From: an uncultured Methanomicrobiaceae archaeon
GTDB lineage: Archaea > Halobacteriota > Methanomicrobia > Methanomicrobiales > Methanoculleaceae
Reading direction: 5' to 3'
Length of the DNA stretch: 64,000 nt
Assembly (NCBI GenBank): GCA_963826525.1
Contig: CAWGXH010000004.1
Location: forward strand, 800,001 to 864,000
Shown here: one piece after another, positions 52,995-62,361 of the stretch
How positions within the stretch are numbered: the stretch's first letter is position 1
Layout of the letters: every line of letters begins with the position of its first letter
Translations under genes and position numbers: made by a program
Notes under the pieces: generated by a model
Seen by the model: the letters and a program-made list of their open reading frames with translations, nothing else
Database searches by the model: none
Told to the model about the DNA's origin: nothing

Positions 52995-54101
52995 TCAGAG
53001 TTCGATCAGGCGGTAATTGCTCTCACCAAGGCCGATCTCCGCTCCATAGGCGATCTGGTAGTGCCCGTCCGTGTACCCCCACGTCCCCTGGAATTTGTCC
53101 TCGCCCGGGGCGTGGTTGTGTTTCAGGAACGATCTCACAAATCCGGCCTCGCTGTTGACGAGGTCGTAGCTCGCGCGATCGATCGCCACCGGATCGGTGG
53201 ATGCGAGGATGCCGATATCAGGAACGATTGCAGCGTCGCTCCAGGGGACGCAGTCGCAGTCGGGGGTTATGTCCATGAGGAAGTTCACATAGCCGATCCG
53301 CCGTTCTTTCCCCGTCACGGCACCGAGGGCGTACTCGACCATCCGTTCAAGGAACGGCCGGATCTCCGTCGTCCAGTCAAACTCGATTGCTCCCACGGGG
53401 CACGAGCGCATGCAGTCGCCGCACCCGACACAATGTTCGGGGTTTAACTGCGCCTTCCCGTCTACCATCGTCATCGCTGCCGCGGGGCAGATCCCGGTGC
53501 ACTTCCCGCATCCCATGCATCCCGCCTCGTCGAGGATCGGGCGGCCCGCGTGCTGCTCCGCCTTGCCGATGGCCGGAGCGCAGCCCATGGCGAGGTTCTT
53601 GATAGCCCCCCCGAACCCCGCGAGATCGTGCCCCTTGACGTGCGAGAGGACGATCATGCTGTCGGCGGCGGCGATAGCACCGGCGATCTTGACGGAGGCG
53701 AAGTGCCGCTTCCCGATTGCAACCTCGGCGAAGTGGCCGCTCCGCAGGCCGTCCGCGATGATCACCGGCGCGCCGACCACGGCGTAGTCGAATCCGTGCT
53801 CGACGGCGGTGATGATGTGATCGACGGCGTTTGCCCTGCTGCCCGCATACAGCGTGCCGGTGTCGGTGATAAAGGGCTGTGCCCCCTGCTCCTTCACCCG
53901 ATCCACGATCTGCCTGACGAAGACGGGTTTGATGAACGTGTCGCTGCCCCGTTCGCCGACATGGAGTTTGATGGCTGTCAGATCGCCCGGCCGTGTTACG
54001 GTGGCGAACCCCGCGGCATCGAAGAGGCGTCGTATCTTCACGATTCTGCTCTCGCTGCTGCTGCGTGCCCGGAGATTGGCAAAGTAGACGTCGGCTGTCA
54101 T
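52995..54101 (-). CDS. DUF362 protein with 2x[4Fe-4S] domain
   Basis: 'AIKLHVGE', 'HVKGH..AGFGGAIKNLAMG', two CxxCxxCxxxCP motifs, 'CDC', 'DPVAID'. Confidence 0.9.
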   Translation of the reverse strand: MTADVYFANLRARSSSESRIVKIRRLFDAAGFATVTRPGDLTAIKLHVGERGSDTFIKPVFVRQIVDRVKEQGAQPFITDTGTLYAGSRANAVDHIITAVEHGFDYAVVGAPVIIADGLRSGHFAEVAIGKRHFASVKIAGAIAAADSMIVLSHVKGHDLAGFGGAIKNLAMGCAPAIGKAEQHAGRPILDEAGCMGCGKCTGICPAAAMTMVDGKAQLNPEHCVGCGDCMRSCPVGAIEFDWTTEIRPFLERMVEYALGAVTGKERRIGYVNFLMDITPDCDCVPWSDAAIVPDIGILASTDPVAIDRASYDLVNSEAGFVRSFLKHNHAPGEDKFQGTWGYTDGHYQIAYGAEIGLGESNYRLIEL

Positions 54102-54177
54102 GGAAGGAATACTCCTGCATCACAGGATGGGTGCAAAGCGCTGTATAAAAGTAGACTGAAAAGGGGAGGCTCCCCGG

Positions 54178-54737
54178 TCAGCGGAGGGCCGAGAGGACGA
54201 TATCGCCGTTCGAGGTGAGGACGGTGTTCGTCGCTCCTCCGCTGCCGAGCGTCCCGGCAAGGTTTGTCTCCGACGACTGCCGGAGTGCGAGGGGGAGATC
54301 AGTGGCGGCGATTCTGCCGCCGCTCGTCCCGGCGACGATCGTCGCGTTGATCTCAGGTGCTATGGCGAGCCTGAATCCGCGTTGCTCGTCGTAATGGATA
54401 CATCTCCCCGGATGGCCGGGATGCCGGCGGTGATAGCCCCGTTCGTGGTCTCGACCGAGACCGGGTCTCCTTCGCGCACGATAATGTCGGCCCTCGCCAG
54501 TTCCTCCTCGCTGTAGGGTGTCCGCATAACGGCATCTACCTGAGCGGTGCTCTCGTTCCAGGGAGCGACCGCTACGTCTCCGTTCAGGCTCCGCACCGAG
54601 AGTGCGGTGCCGGGCGGCACCGGTACAGTCAGGTTGACGTTCTTCTCCGCCTCCCCGCCGACGAACGGCGGTGCGGTGCATGCGGCGGTGCAGGCAAGGC
54701 CGACCAGCAGCAGAAGGAGGAACTAGTCCTGCGCCAT
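54178..54737 (-). pseudogene. DUF4097/beta-strand-repeat lipoprotein-like gene, disrupted (in-frame TAG at codon 5, frameshift near 54370)
   Basis: 'LLLLVGLACTAAC' signal-like segment; 'SLNGDV','TTNGAI','TSGGRI','TSNGDI' repeats. Confidence 0.6.
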
Positions 54738-55573
54738 TACGTCACCACCGCCCTTCGGAAGGTCTGCCAGGCGACGACATACATTGCCGTGGTGAAGACG
54801 GCGAGAGCGCCGAACGCGATCAGGATATCGACCGGGGTGTAGGAGTAGTGCGTACCGATCGCAAAGAAATCGCTGCCGATGGCGAAGTAGCGGATGCCGG
54901 TGACGAGGTAGGTGAGCGGGTTGAGGGCCGAGAGTGCCTGCAGGACGGGCGGGAAGGCCGATATCGGGTAGAGGGCGTTTGAGACGAAGAAGAGCGGCAG
55001 CGTCAGGAGGGTGATGACTCCCTGCAGCCCTTCCGGGCTCTCCATCCGCATGGAGATGGTGGAGGAGAGGAAGAGGAACCCGAGGGAGAAGACGCCGACG
55101 AAGAGGAGGATGCCGAGGATGGAGTAGGCGATCTGCAGAGCCGAGTAGCCCTGGAAGAAACTGACGCCGAGAAAGAGCCCGAAGACCATGATGATCATCA
55201 CCTGGATGAAGGATTTGGTCATTCCCGAGAGGCTGATCCCGATCATGATATCCGTCCGTGGGATGGGACTTGCCATCATCTCCCGCATCAGCCCCCAGTT
55301 TTTATCGAAGAGGAGGCTGATCCCGCCGAAGAGGCTTGTAAAAAGTGTGGTCATCGCGATCACCCCGGCCGCCATGAAGGTGAGGTACTCGACCGCATAG
55401 ACTCCTTCCGGGACAGGGATGGCGCTCGTCAGCTGGTTGAAGTTGCTCGACATCGCAACGCCGAAGAAAGCCATCCAGAGCGCCGGCTGGAGCAGCGAGG
55501 AGAAGAGGAGCGCCCGGAACCGGATGAACCGGATCATGTCCCGCCAGTAGATGGTCAGGAAGGCCATCCTCAT
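54737..55573 (-). CDS. ABC-2 type exporter permease (DrrB-like)
   Basis: 'SLLQPALW', 'FDKNWG.MREM', 'FVSNALYP','NPLTY'. Confidence 0.92.
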   Translation of the reverse strand: MRMAFLTIYWRDMIRFIRFRALLFSSLLQPALWMAFFGVAMSSNFNQLTSAIPVPEGVYAVEYLTFMAAGVIAMTTLFTSLFGGISLLFDKNWGLMREMMASPIPRTDIMIGISLSGMTKSFIQVMIIMVFGLFLGVSFFQGYSALQIAYSILGILLFVGVFSLGFLFLSSTISMRMESPEGLQGVITLLTLPLFFVSNALYPISAFPPVLQALSALNPLTYLVTGIRYFAIGSDFFAIGTHYSYTPVDILIAFGALAVFTTAMYVVAWQTFRRAVVT

Positions 55574-56535
55574 CGCCCTCCCCTCCCCGCCTCGCCGGTA
55601 TCCCTGAGCTCCCGCCCGGTATAGTGGACGAAGACGTCGTCCATGGAGGGTTTCTTGAGGTTGACGCTCCGGATGGTGATCCCCTGCCGCCGCACCCGAT
55701 CCATGACTTCCGGCAGGCAGCGGCTCCCGTCCTCGGTGATGGTGATGGCAAGGCCGCGCGACGAGACTATGATATTCCGGATGCTTGCAAGGCTGCCGAG
55801 CGTCTCCTCCGCCGCCCGGTTGTCGGTGGTGTCGAGGTAGATCACATCCTCCCCGAGGGCGTTCTTCAGGTCGTCCGGGGTGCCGGAGGTGATGATCTCC
55901 CCGTGATCGATGATGCTGATCCGGTCGCTCAGGGTATCCGCTTCGTCCATGTAGTGGGTGGTGAGGAATATCGTCGTTCCTCCCCTGTTGACCTGCTCGA
56001 TGTAGTCCCACATCCGCAGGCGTGTCTGGGGGTCAAGGCCGATCGTCGGCTCGTCGAGGAAGAGCACCTCGGGCTGCGTCATCAGGCCGCGGGCGATCTC
56101 GAGCCTGCGTTTCATTCCACCGGAGAGGTTCTTCGTCCGCTCGTTCCGTTTCCCCGCAAGTTCCACGATCTGGAGCATCTCTTCGATCTTCGTCCGCCGT
56201 TCGTCCCGCGGGATGTCGTAGAGCCTTCCGTGAAACTCCATCGTCTCCCAGACTGTGAGGTCGCGGTCGAGCACCTCGTTCTGGAAGACGACGCCTATTG
56301 ACTCTCTGACCCGTGCGGGCTCTTTTGCCACGTCGTAGCCGGCGATGCGGACTGTTCCATGTTGCAGGGGGAGGAGGGTGATCAGGACGTTGATGGTGGT
56401 GCTCTTCCCTGCGCCGTTCGGGCCGAGGAATGAGAAAATTTCCCCCTTCCGGACTGTGAAACTGATCCCCTTCACTGCCTGAAAGCCGTCGAACGAGTGT
56501 TCGAGGTTGTTCACTTCAATGATCTTCTCAGTCAT
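55570..56535 (-). CDS. ABC exporter ATP-binding subunit (DrrA-like)
   Basis: GPNGAGKS, LSGGMKRRL, LFLDEPT, TTHYMDEA. Confidence 0.95.
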   Translation of the reverse strand: MTEKIIEVNNLEHSFDGFQAVKGISFTVRKGEIFSFLGPNGAGKSTTINVLITLLPLQHGTVRIAGYDVAKEPARVRESIGVVFQNEVLDRDLTVWETMEFHGRLYDIPRDERRTKIEEMLQIVELAGKRNERTKNLSGGMKRRLEIARGLMTQPEVLFLDEPTIGLDPQTRLRMWDYIEQVNRGGTTIFLTTHYMDEADTLSDRISIIDHGEIITSGTPDDLKNALGEDVIYLDTTDNRAAEETLGSLASIRNIIVSSRGLAITITEDGSRCLPEVMDRVRRQGITIRSVNLKKPSMDDVFVHYTGRELRDTGEAGRGGR

Positions 56536-56591
56536 CGATCCTGCTCTGCCTCCCGTCCACTACTCTTGCTCGTGCCATATCTCCCTTTCCG

Positions 56592-57941
56592 TCAGGTGCC
56601 TGCCGGTGTCCCGCCCTCCTGCATCCGCTGGAAGGTGAGCACCCGGAATGAGAGGAGGAATACCGCGAGGATGACGACACCCGAGACGAGGAAGGCCGCA
56701 GGGCCTATCGCCTCATAGAGGACTCCGCCGAGGATCAGCCCGATGATGCTCGCGAGGCTCCCGGCACTCCCCGCAAACCCCTGCACTGACCCCTGGTAGG
56801 TCTTCCCGGCGACCTTCGAGAGGAGCGAGAGGAATGACGGCCACATGATCCCGTTGCCGACGGCAAAGAGTACTGCGCTTACGTAGATGAGCAGCAGATT
56901 CCCGGTCACAAGGATGGCAAACCCGATGCCGAGGACGGCGCTCCCGGTGACGATCAGGACGGCTTCCACGTAGCGCTTCGAGATCCGGGAGAGCACGGGC
57001 CCCTGCACCACCACCATCATAACGCTGATGGCGGAGTAGTAGATCCCGAGATCCGCAGCCGTCCAGGCAAGGCTGCCTGCGGCGAAGGCGGGGAACGCGG
57101 TGTAGTAGATGTTGAACCCGAGGAAGATGAGGAAGTAGAGCGCCAGGAGGAAGGGGATGTGGCTGATCCGGAAAGCACCCCGGAAAGAGCGTTTCTTCTC
57201 GCTCCCGGCAAAGGAGCAGTCAGTATGCTCCTGTCCGAAGACCTTCCGGACGCTTCCCACTTCGGGATTCTGGCTGATGGCGCACCGGTTCGACTCCGGC
57301 AGCCAGAACGCGATAATCAGGGTACCGACGACCGAGATCAGGAACGCCGCGATCACCGGGAGGATATCGCCGTAGATCGTGGCGCCGAGGATTCCGGCGA
57401 GTGCCGGACCGACGATATAACCCATATTGGACGCGACCGACATCCGCCCGAAGTTCCGGTTCCGCTCCGCCTCGCCGGTGACATCGGCGAGATAGGCGTT
57501 CGCGACCGAGACGTTGCCGCCGGTGATCCCGTCGAGCGCCCGGGCGACGAAGAGGACGAGCAGCGGCAGGGTGAGTACGAAGATCCCGAGCAGGCCTGAG
57601 TCTATCGCCGCAACCGGAATGAGCGGCAGGAAGAATGCGGCAAGAAAGATCCCCCAGGCGGCGAGGGTGCCCACCTGGGAGAGAAAGAGAACCTTCCGCC
57701 GTCCGCGGATATCCGACCACCGGCCGAGGATCGGAGCCCCGATGAGCTGGAAGGCCGGGTAAGTCGAGGCGAGCAGCCCGTAGACGAGGGCGTTTCCGCC
57801 CCACGCCTCCACGAGGAAGATCAGGAACGTGAAGACGATCCCAAACCCCAGCGTCCCGATGAACGTGACGGCGTAGAGCGGAACGAGCGCCCTTCCCGTG
57901 AATATTTCGGGCGATCCGGGTGGCTCGGGCAGCAGGGGCAT
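56592..57941 (-). CDS. MFS transporter (DHA1/TetA-like)
   Basis: Motif A 'GRWSDIRGRR', 'RALDGITGGN.SVANAYLAD', 'GPALAG'. Confidence 0.9.
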   Translation of the reverse strand: MPLLPEPPGSPEIFTGRALVPLYAVTFIGTLGFGIVFTFLIFLVEAWGGNALVYGLLASTYPAFQLIGAPILGRWSDIRGRRKVLFLSQVGTLAAWGIFLAAFFLPLIPVAAIDSGLLGIFVLTLPLLVLFVARALDGITGGNVSVANAYLADVTGEAERNRNFGRMSVASNMGYIVGPALAGILGATIYGDILPVIAAFLISVVGTLIIAFWLPESNRCAISQNPEVGSVRKVFGQEHTDCSFAGSEKKRSFRGAFRISHIPFLLALYFLIFLGFNIYYTAFPAFAAGSLAWTAADLGIYYSAISVMMVVVQGPVLSRISKRYVEAVLIVTGSAVLGIGFAILVTGNLLLIYVSAVLFAVGNGIMWPSFLSLLSKVAGKTYQGSVQGFAGSAGSLASIIGLILGGVLYEAIGPAAFLVSGVVILAVFLLSFRVLTFQRMQEGGTPAGT

Positions 57942-58030
57942 CGATGGCGCTGATGCCGGGAGGGTACATATACCTTTCCGGCAGGAGTGTTTCAGAGCAC
58001 TGTCCTTCCCGGTGCAGGGTCGCACTGCCG

Positions 58031-58150
58031 TTACCGACTCGTATCTCTCCGCCCGCCGGAGGAATCCCCTCACCGTCTCGAGTACCTCGCTCTTCTCGAG
58101 GTGGTGCTCGTGCGAAGCGCCTTCAAAGACTGCGACCTTGGTGTTCGGCT
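58031..58150 (-). pseudogene. Relic 3' end of a proline iminopeptidase gene
   Basis: 58051-58148 aligns with 62381-62481; 'VAVFEGASHEHHLEKSE.LETVRGFLRRA'. Confidence 0.85.
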
Positions 58151-58166
58151 CATCAACCCCCGGTGG

Positions 58167-58250
58167 AGCCGCTGCCTGATCCCGGTCGACGGGTTCTTCG
58201 AATGGCGGGAGGGAGAGGAGTTCATCTGGCCGGTGAAGCGGTGGTGGTGA
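58167..58250 (+). pseudogene. Fragment of a SRAP (YedK/HMCES) family gene
   Basis: 'RCLIPVDGFFEW' matches the SRAP RC.IP.dGFyEW motif; no start or N-terminal Cys. Confidence 0.6.
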
Positions 58251-58470
58251 AGGCAAGCCTCCATCTCAAGCGACGGCACGACCCGAATGAGGCGGATACC
58301 GACGGTGACGGCTATTCTGATTACGAAGAGCGTATCGATCCCGACTCGCCGACTCCTGCAGTAAACGAAGACGTCAATCCCGAAAGATCGTGCAGGGCAG
58401 GTCCCTGGTTCACAGCCCGACGATGCGAACGACCCGGCTCGGAAAAACAGAGGGGGGAATCCCCGTGCCG

Positions 58471-59941
58471 TCAGTCGGACGGTATCGGAGCTGGCATCCC
58501 GATACCGTCCTCCCGTCCCCGCATCGCCGAGACGATGATCGCCGGTACGGTCAGGATGCAGGAGAGGAGAAAGACTGCCGTAATCCCCTGCGTGAAGGTG
58601 ATCTGAACGGCAACGGGCATGTTCATGCCGCCGACGACGAACATGTTCATCATCTGGTCGAGCGGGATGGTGCTGACGAGCAGCGGGAGGGCGAGGGTCA
58701 TCGAGATGACCATGCCGGTATTGTTGAAGAACGCCCGCATCGCCGACGCTGCCCCGCGTCGGTCTACGGGTACTGACGCCATGATCGCACTCGTGTTGGG
58801 CGGCTGGAAGAGCCCTGACCCAAAGCCGTTCACAAACATCCAGAGCGCAATTACCCAGTAGGGCGTGTCGTACTGCATCAGAGCAAGTCCGGCGAGCCCT
58901 GCGACCGAGATGACGAGTCCTGCCGTGCTGATCAGGCGGGAACCGTACCTGTCCGAGAGAATGCCACCGATGGGCCCGGTGATGACAAGGCCGATGGCAA
59001 GCGGGGTGATGAGAATGCTTGCCATCAGGGGGTCGTAGCCTTTGAGCCCCTGGAAGAACAGGATCAGGAGCAGCATCACGGCGCCGCGTGCAATGGCGTT
59101 GATGAAGGCGCTCATCTGACCGTAGTCTGAATGCCCTGATCGAGAAGAGCGAGAGGTCGATCAGCGGGTGGGGCGTGCTCGTCTCGTGCCGGATGAAAGC
59201 AGCGAGAGACACCAGGCCGACTGCGAGACAGAGGAGCATCGGGAGCGAAAAGAGGTCGAAAAGGAATCCCGCGCTGCCGTAGACCGTCAGCGTGAGGAAC
59301 GCGACGGCAAACAGCATCATGCCCCGGATATCGAACGACTCGGTCGCGGTGAATTTCTCGACCTCGCGGAGCCGGTAATAGGCATAGACCGCCGCGGCAG
59401 CTCCCAGCGGAATGTTCAGGAAGAAATTCAGCCGCCAGTCGATGAGTGTCAGGAAACCACCGATTATCGGTCCGACCACAAAAGTTGCTGCCATGATCAT
59501 TGAGAGGATGCCCATCGCTTTGCCGAGCTCGTGCCTCGGGAAGGCATCGACGACGATGATGACGCCGTTGGCGATGATGATTGCACCTCCGATCGCCTGG
59601 AGTACGCGGAATCCGATGAGTTGGGTGACATCGGCGGCGAGCCCGCAGAAAAGTGACCCAATGGTGAAGACGACGAGCCCGGCGATATAGAGATTCCTGC
59701 GCCCGTACATATCGGCAAGCCGGCCGCTGGCGGGTGCAAGAATCGTGATGAGGAGCATGTAACTGATGAGCACCCAGGTAACCCCGACAAGGTCGGTCCC
59801 GAGGCTCACCATCATCACGGGAAGTGCGATAATGAGTGTGCTTGCGTTGAGTACCCCGAGGAGAGTCCCAAGAGCCGCAATGACCATTGCAATCCACTTG
59901 TAACCCTGATCCGGGGTATTCGGAATAACCTGATTTTCCAC
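58471..59941 (-). CDS. MFS drug:H+ antiporter DHA2 (EmrB/QacA-like); indel near 59125
   Basis: 'GRLADMYGRR', 'FRVLQAIGG', 'GPIIGG', 'WRLNFFLNIP', 'PLIDLSLF', 'FQPPNT'. Confidence 0.9.
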
Positions 59942-60141
59942 GAAAAATCGCCTCTTATATGTTGATGTTGCCTGGATGAATAGGTTTCACAGGAGAGTAC
60001 GGCTGTATAGAGGCGTGTCTGGCAGGTGATGCGTGGGGAGTGTTTCATAGGGATGGATGCGGGAGATTGCCTCCTCTCCGTATGTCTATTTCCCTCTCGT
60101 CCCGGAGCAAAGCACTGCCGATCCTTCTTCTCACATCCCGA

Positions 60142-60909
60142 TCACCTGTTGAACTTCTTGTACAGGCGGTTCGCCGCGAATTGGAAGACCAGAATAAAGA
60201 GCACCAACATCAGGATATCCAGCAGCGGCGAAAAGAGCGACGTGCCGGTATATGCGTACTCGATCATGTCGTTTCCGTAGGTGAGCGGGGAGAAGAGCGC
60301 GATGACCCGGCCGATCTGCGGCATGGCCGATAGCGAGATAAAGACACCGGAGATGAAGATAAGTGGCAGCCTGACCGTATTGAGCATCGACATTACTTCT
60401 CCCACGTTCTCGGTAGGGTACGCGGCGAACAAAGTCCCGAGTGTCGCAAAACAGAATGCAGTCAGTACCATGGCGGGTACAAGAACCGGAGCATGGACTA
60501 TCGGGGTGCCGAACAGGACGATGCCGATCACGAGCGGAAGGCACGCGATACAGAGGCTGTACAGAAAACCACTCATGCTCTCTCCAATGACCAGCGAATT
60601 GAGTGAGATCGGTGCCGCGAGCATCCGGTCGAATGTTTTTACCCGCCGTTCGATGGGTATCGAGACCGGTTCTATTGACGAGGCCGAGAACAGAAGTGTG
60701 ATCGAGATGAGCCCCGGGATCAGGGTGCCGGGCGGGGCGTTCTTCCCGATGGCAAAGGCAAGGAACATGAAGAGCGGGAAGAGGATGCCGGAGACGATGA
60801 TGTTGGGCTTGATGTAATAGATCTTCATGTCCTTTCTGGCAATCGCCCATGCAGCGGACATCTCCCGGGCAAGACGTTTTGACCACATCTCACGTTCAAT
60901 CGATGGCAT
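60142..60909 (-). CDS. ABC-2 type exporter permease
   Basis: 'LIPGLI', 'ERRVKTFDRML.AP', 'FISGVFI','PLTY'. Confidence 0.9.
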   Translation of the reverse strand: MPSIEREMWSKRLAREMSAAWAIARKDMKIYYIKPNIIVSGILFPLFMFLAFAIGKNAPPGTLIPGLISITLLFSASSIEPVSIPIERRVKTFDRMLAAPISLNSLVIGESMSGFLYSLCIACLPLVIGIVLFGTPIVHAPVLVPAMVLTAFCFATLGTLFAAYPTENVGEVMSMLNTVRLPLIFISGVFISLSAMPQIGRVIALFSPLTYGNDMIEYAYTGTSLFSPLLDILMLVLFILVFQFAANRLYKKFNR

Positions 60910-61852
60910 AGACGGCACCTCCTGTCCGCTGCAAGCCGGTCAGACGGATGAACACGTCCTCGAGGCTCGGGCCGAGCGTCGTGATACTAATTACCTTGAG
61001 ATTGTGAGCGTGGGCGTATGCCATCACGGCATCGATGACTGCAGACGGATCTTCCGTATAGAGCTTGAATTTGTCGCCGGCCTTACGTGCATCGTTCACC
61101 ATCGGAAACCGGCGAAGGTCGTCCGGCAGGCCCGCCGGAGCGCGGTCGAAGGAGAACTCGATTGACTGCACGCTCTGAATCGTCTTTTTCAGCCGTTCCG
61201 GTGCGTCAATGGCGGCAATGCTGCCTGTATTGATGATCGCGACCCGGTCGCACATGACATTTGCCTCCTCGATATTGTGCGTCGTCAAAAAAACCGTGAC
61301 GCCCTCGCGGACGAGATCCGTGACCACGTCCCGGATGATGAGGTTGCTCTGTACATCGAGCCCTGAGGTTGGTTCGTCCAGGAAGAGCAGGCGCGGACTG
61401 TTGACCAGCCCCATCGCGAGCGTCAGCCTGCGTTTCATCCCCTTCGAAAACCCGCGGACCCTATCGTTGCGCCGATCGTATAACCCAAAGAGCGTTAATA
61501 ACTCTACTGATTTCCTCTCCCGTTCTTTCCGCCCCACATGATAGAGTTCAGCCGAAAACATCATATTCTGCCATGCAGTCAGGTCGTCGTACACATTCGA
61601 GGTCTCGGATACGATCCCCATAGACTGTCGTGCGGCGATGGTTTCGCGCTCGATATCGTGGCCGAAGATGGTTGCCGTCCCTGAGGTCGGGCTCGAGATG
61701 CCCGTTAGAATACGAATGGTGGTGGTCTTGCCGGCGCCATTGGGGCCCAGAAACCCGAAGATCTCTCCTTCTTCCACTGAGAATGTGATATCGTTGAGTG
61801 CGGTGAGAGAGCCGAATTGTTTGACGAGATGAGATACTTCAATTGCCTGCAC
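60896..61852 (-). CDS. ABC exporter ATP-binding subunit
   Basis: GPNGAGKT, FSKGMKRRL, LFLDEPTSGLD, TTHNIEEA. Confidence 0.95.
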   Translation of the reverse strand: MQAIEVSHLVKQFGSLTALNDITFSVEEGEIFGFLGPNGAGKTTTIRILTGISSPTSGTATIFGHDIERETIAARQSMGIVSETSNVYDDLTAWQNMMFSAELYHVGRKERERKSVELLTLFGLYDRRNDRVRGFSKGMKRRLTLAMGLVNSPRLLFLDEPTSGLDVQSNLIIRDVVTDLVREGVTVFLTTHNIEEANVMCDRVAIINTGSIAAIDAPERLKKTIQSVQSIEFSFDRAPAGLPDDLRRFPMVNDARKAGDKFKLYTEDPSAVIDAVMAYAHAHNLKVISITTLGPSLEDVFIRLTGLQRTGGAVYAID

Positions 61853-61886
61853 GAATTTCGATATTTATGGGTTCGTATATATCAAT

Positions 61887-61904
61887 TAGTTGCCTGGTCA
61901 ACTA
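61887..61904. promoter_or_regulatory. Palindrome TAGTTG-N6-CAACTA, candidate MarR-type operator
   Basis: Perfect 6-bp inverted repeat beside TATATA (61876-61881) of the ABC gene. Confidence 0.55.
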
Positions 61905-61945
61905 TGCTCGAATTTTTCCGGATTTGGTTGGGGGGCATGAAGGGT

Positions 61946-62222
61946 ATGAAAAATCAGCGCAATTCATGGAATTCCCAGAAAAAGGAGCAACATCCTGAAA
62001 TTAATCCCGGCGGTGCTCGACGGGGGACAAGAAGATGGGGCGAAAGACTGAGTCGATATCTGTACCGGTCGTTCATCCTGTTTTGCAACCGGGGATTGCG
62101 TCTATGGCGACGATGCCGGTTCTCTTCTCCAAAAATGGAGACGGCCGACGGCATCGTCCTGGATTTGCCGATGTATATCGACAGCGTGACCGCACAACCT
62201 GAACGCCTGGATCGACCGATCC
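61946..62222 (+). pseudogene. Degraded iron-sulfur flavoprotein (Isf) pseudogene
   Basis: Frame-corrected MKISAIHGIPRKRSNILKL..VLDG...CFATGDCVYGDD..LLQKMETADGIVLDLPMYIDSVTAQ..AWIDR; motif substitutions and truncation. Confidence 0.7.
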
Positions 62223-62231
62223 ATCGCCCGT

Positions 62232-62325
62232 GTTCCTGTCGAGTGCCCGGGCGACGAAGAGGATGAGAAGATCCCGGGACGGCGAGGGTGCCTGTCTGGG
62301 AGAGATAGAGAATCTTCCGCCGTCC
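62232..62325 (-). pseudogene. Relic of the DHA1-type MFS gene
   Basis: Aligns with 57531-57560 and 57646-57704; 'GRRKILYLSQTGTLA' and 'ILFVARALD'. Confidence 0.8.
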
Positions 62326-62361
62326 ATGCACCGAGATACGAAAACCGAAGGAAAGAGATCT

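Noticed and set aside
54723-54725. In-frame TAG at codon 5 of the DUF4097-like gene as possible pyrrolysine readthrough
   Set aside because: It lies in a signal peptide, the gene has another frameshift, no pyl genes are in the window and indel errors are frequent
57942-58256. N-terminally extended 554-aa MFS as a peptidase-transporter fusion
   Set aside because: Chance read-through from the pip relic; it includes only the peptidase tail
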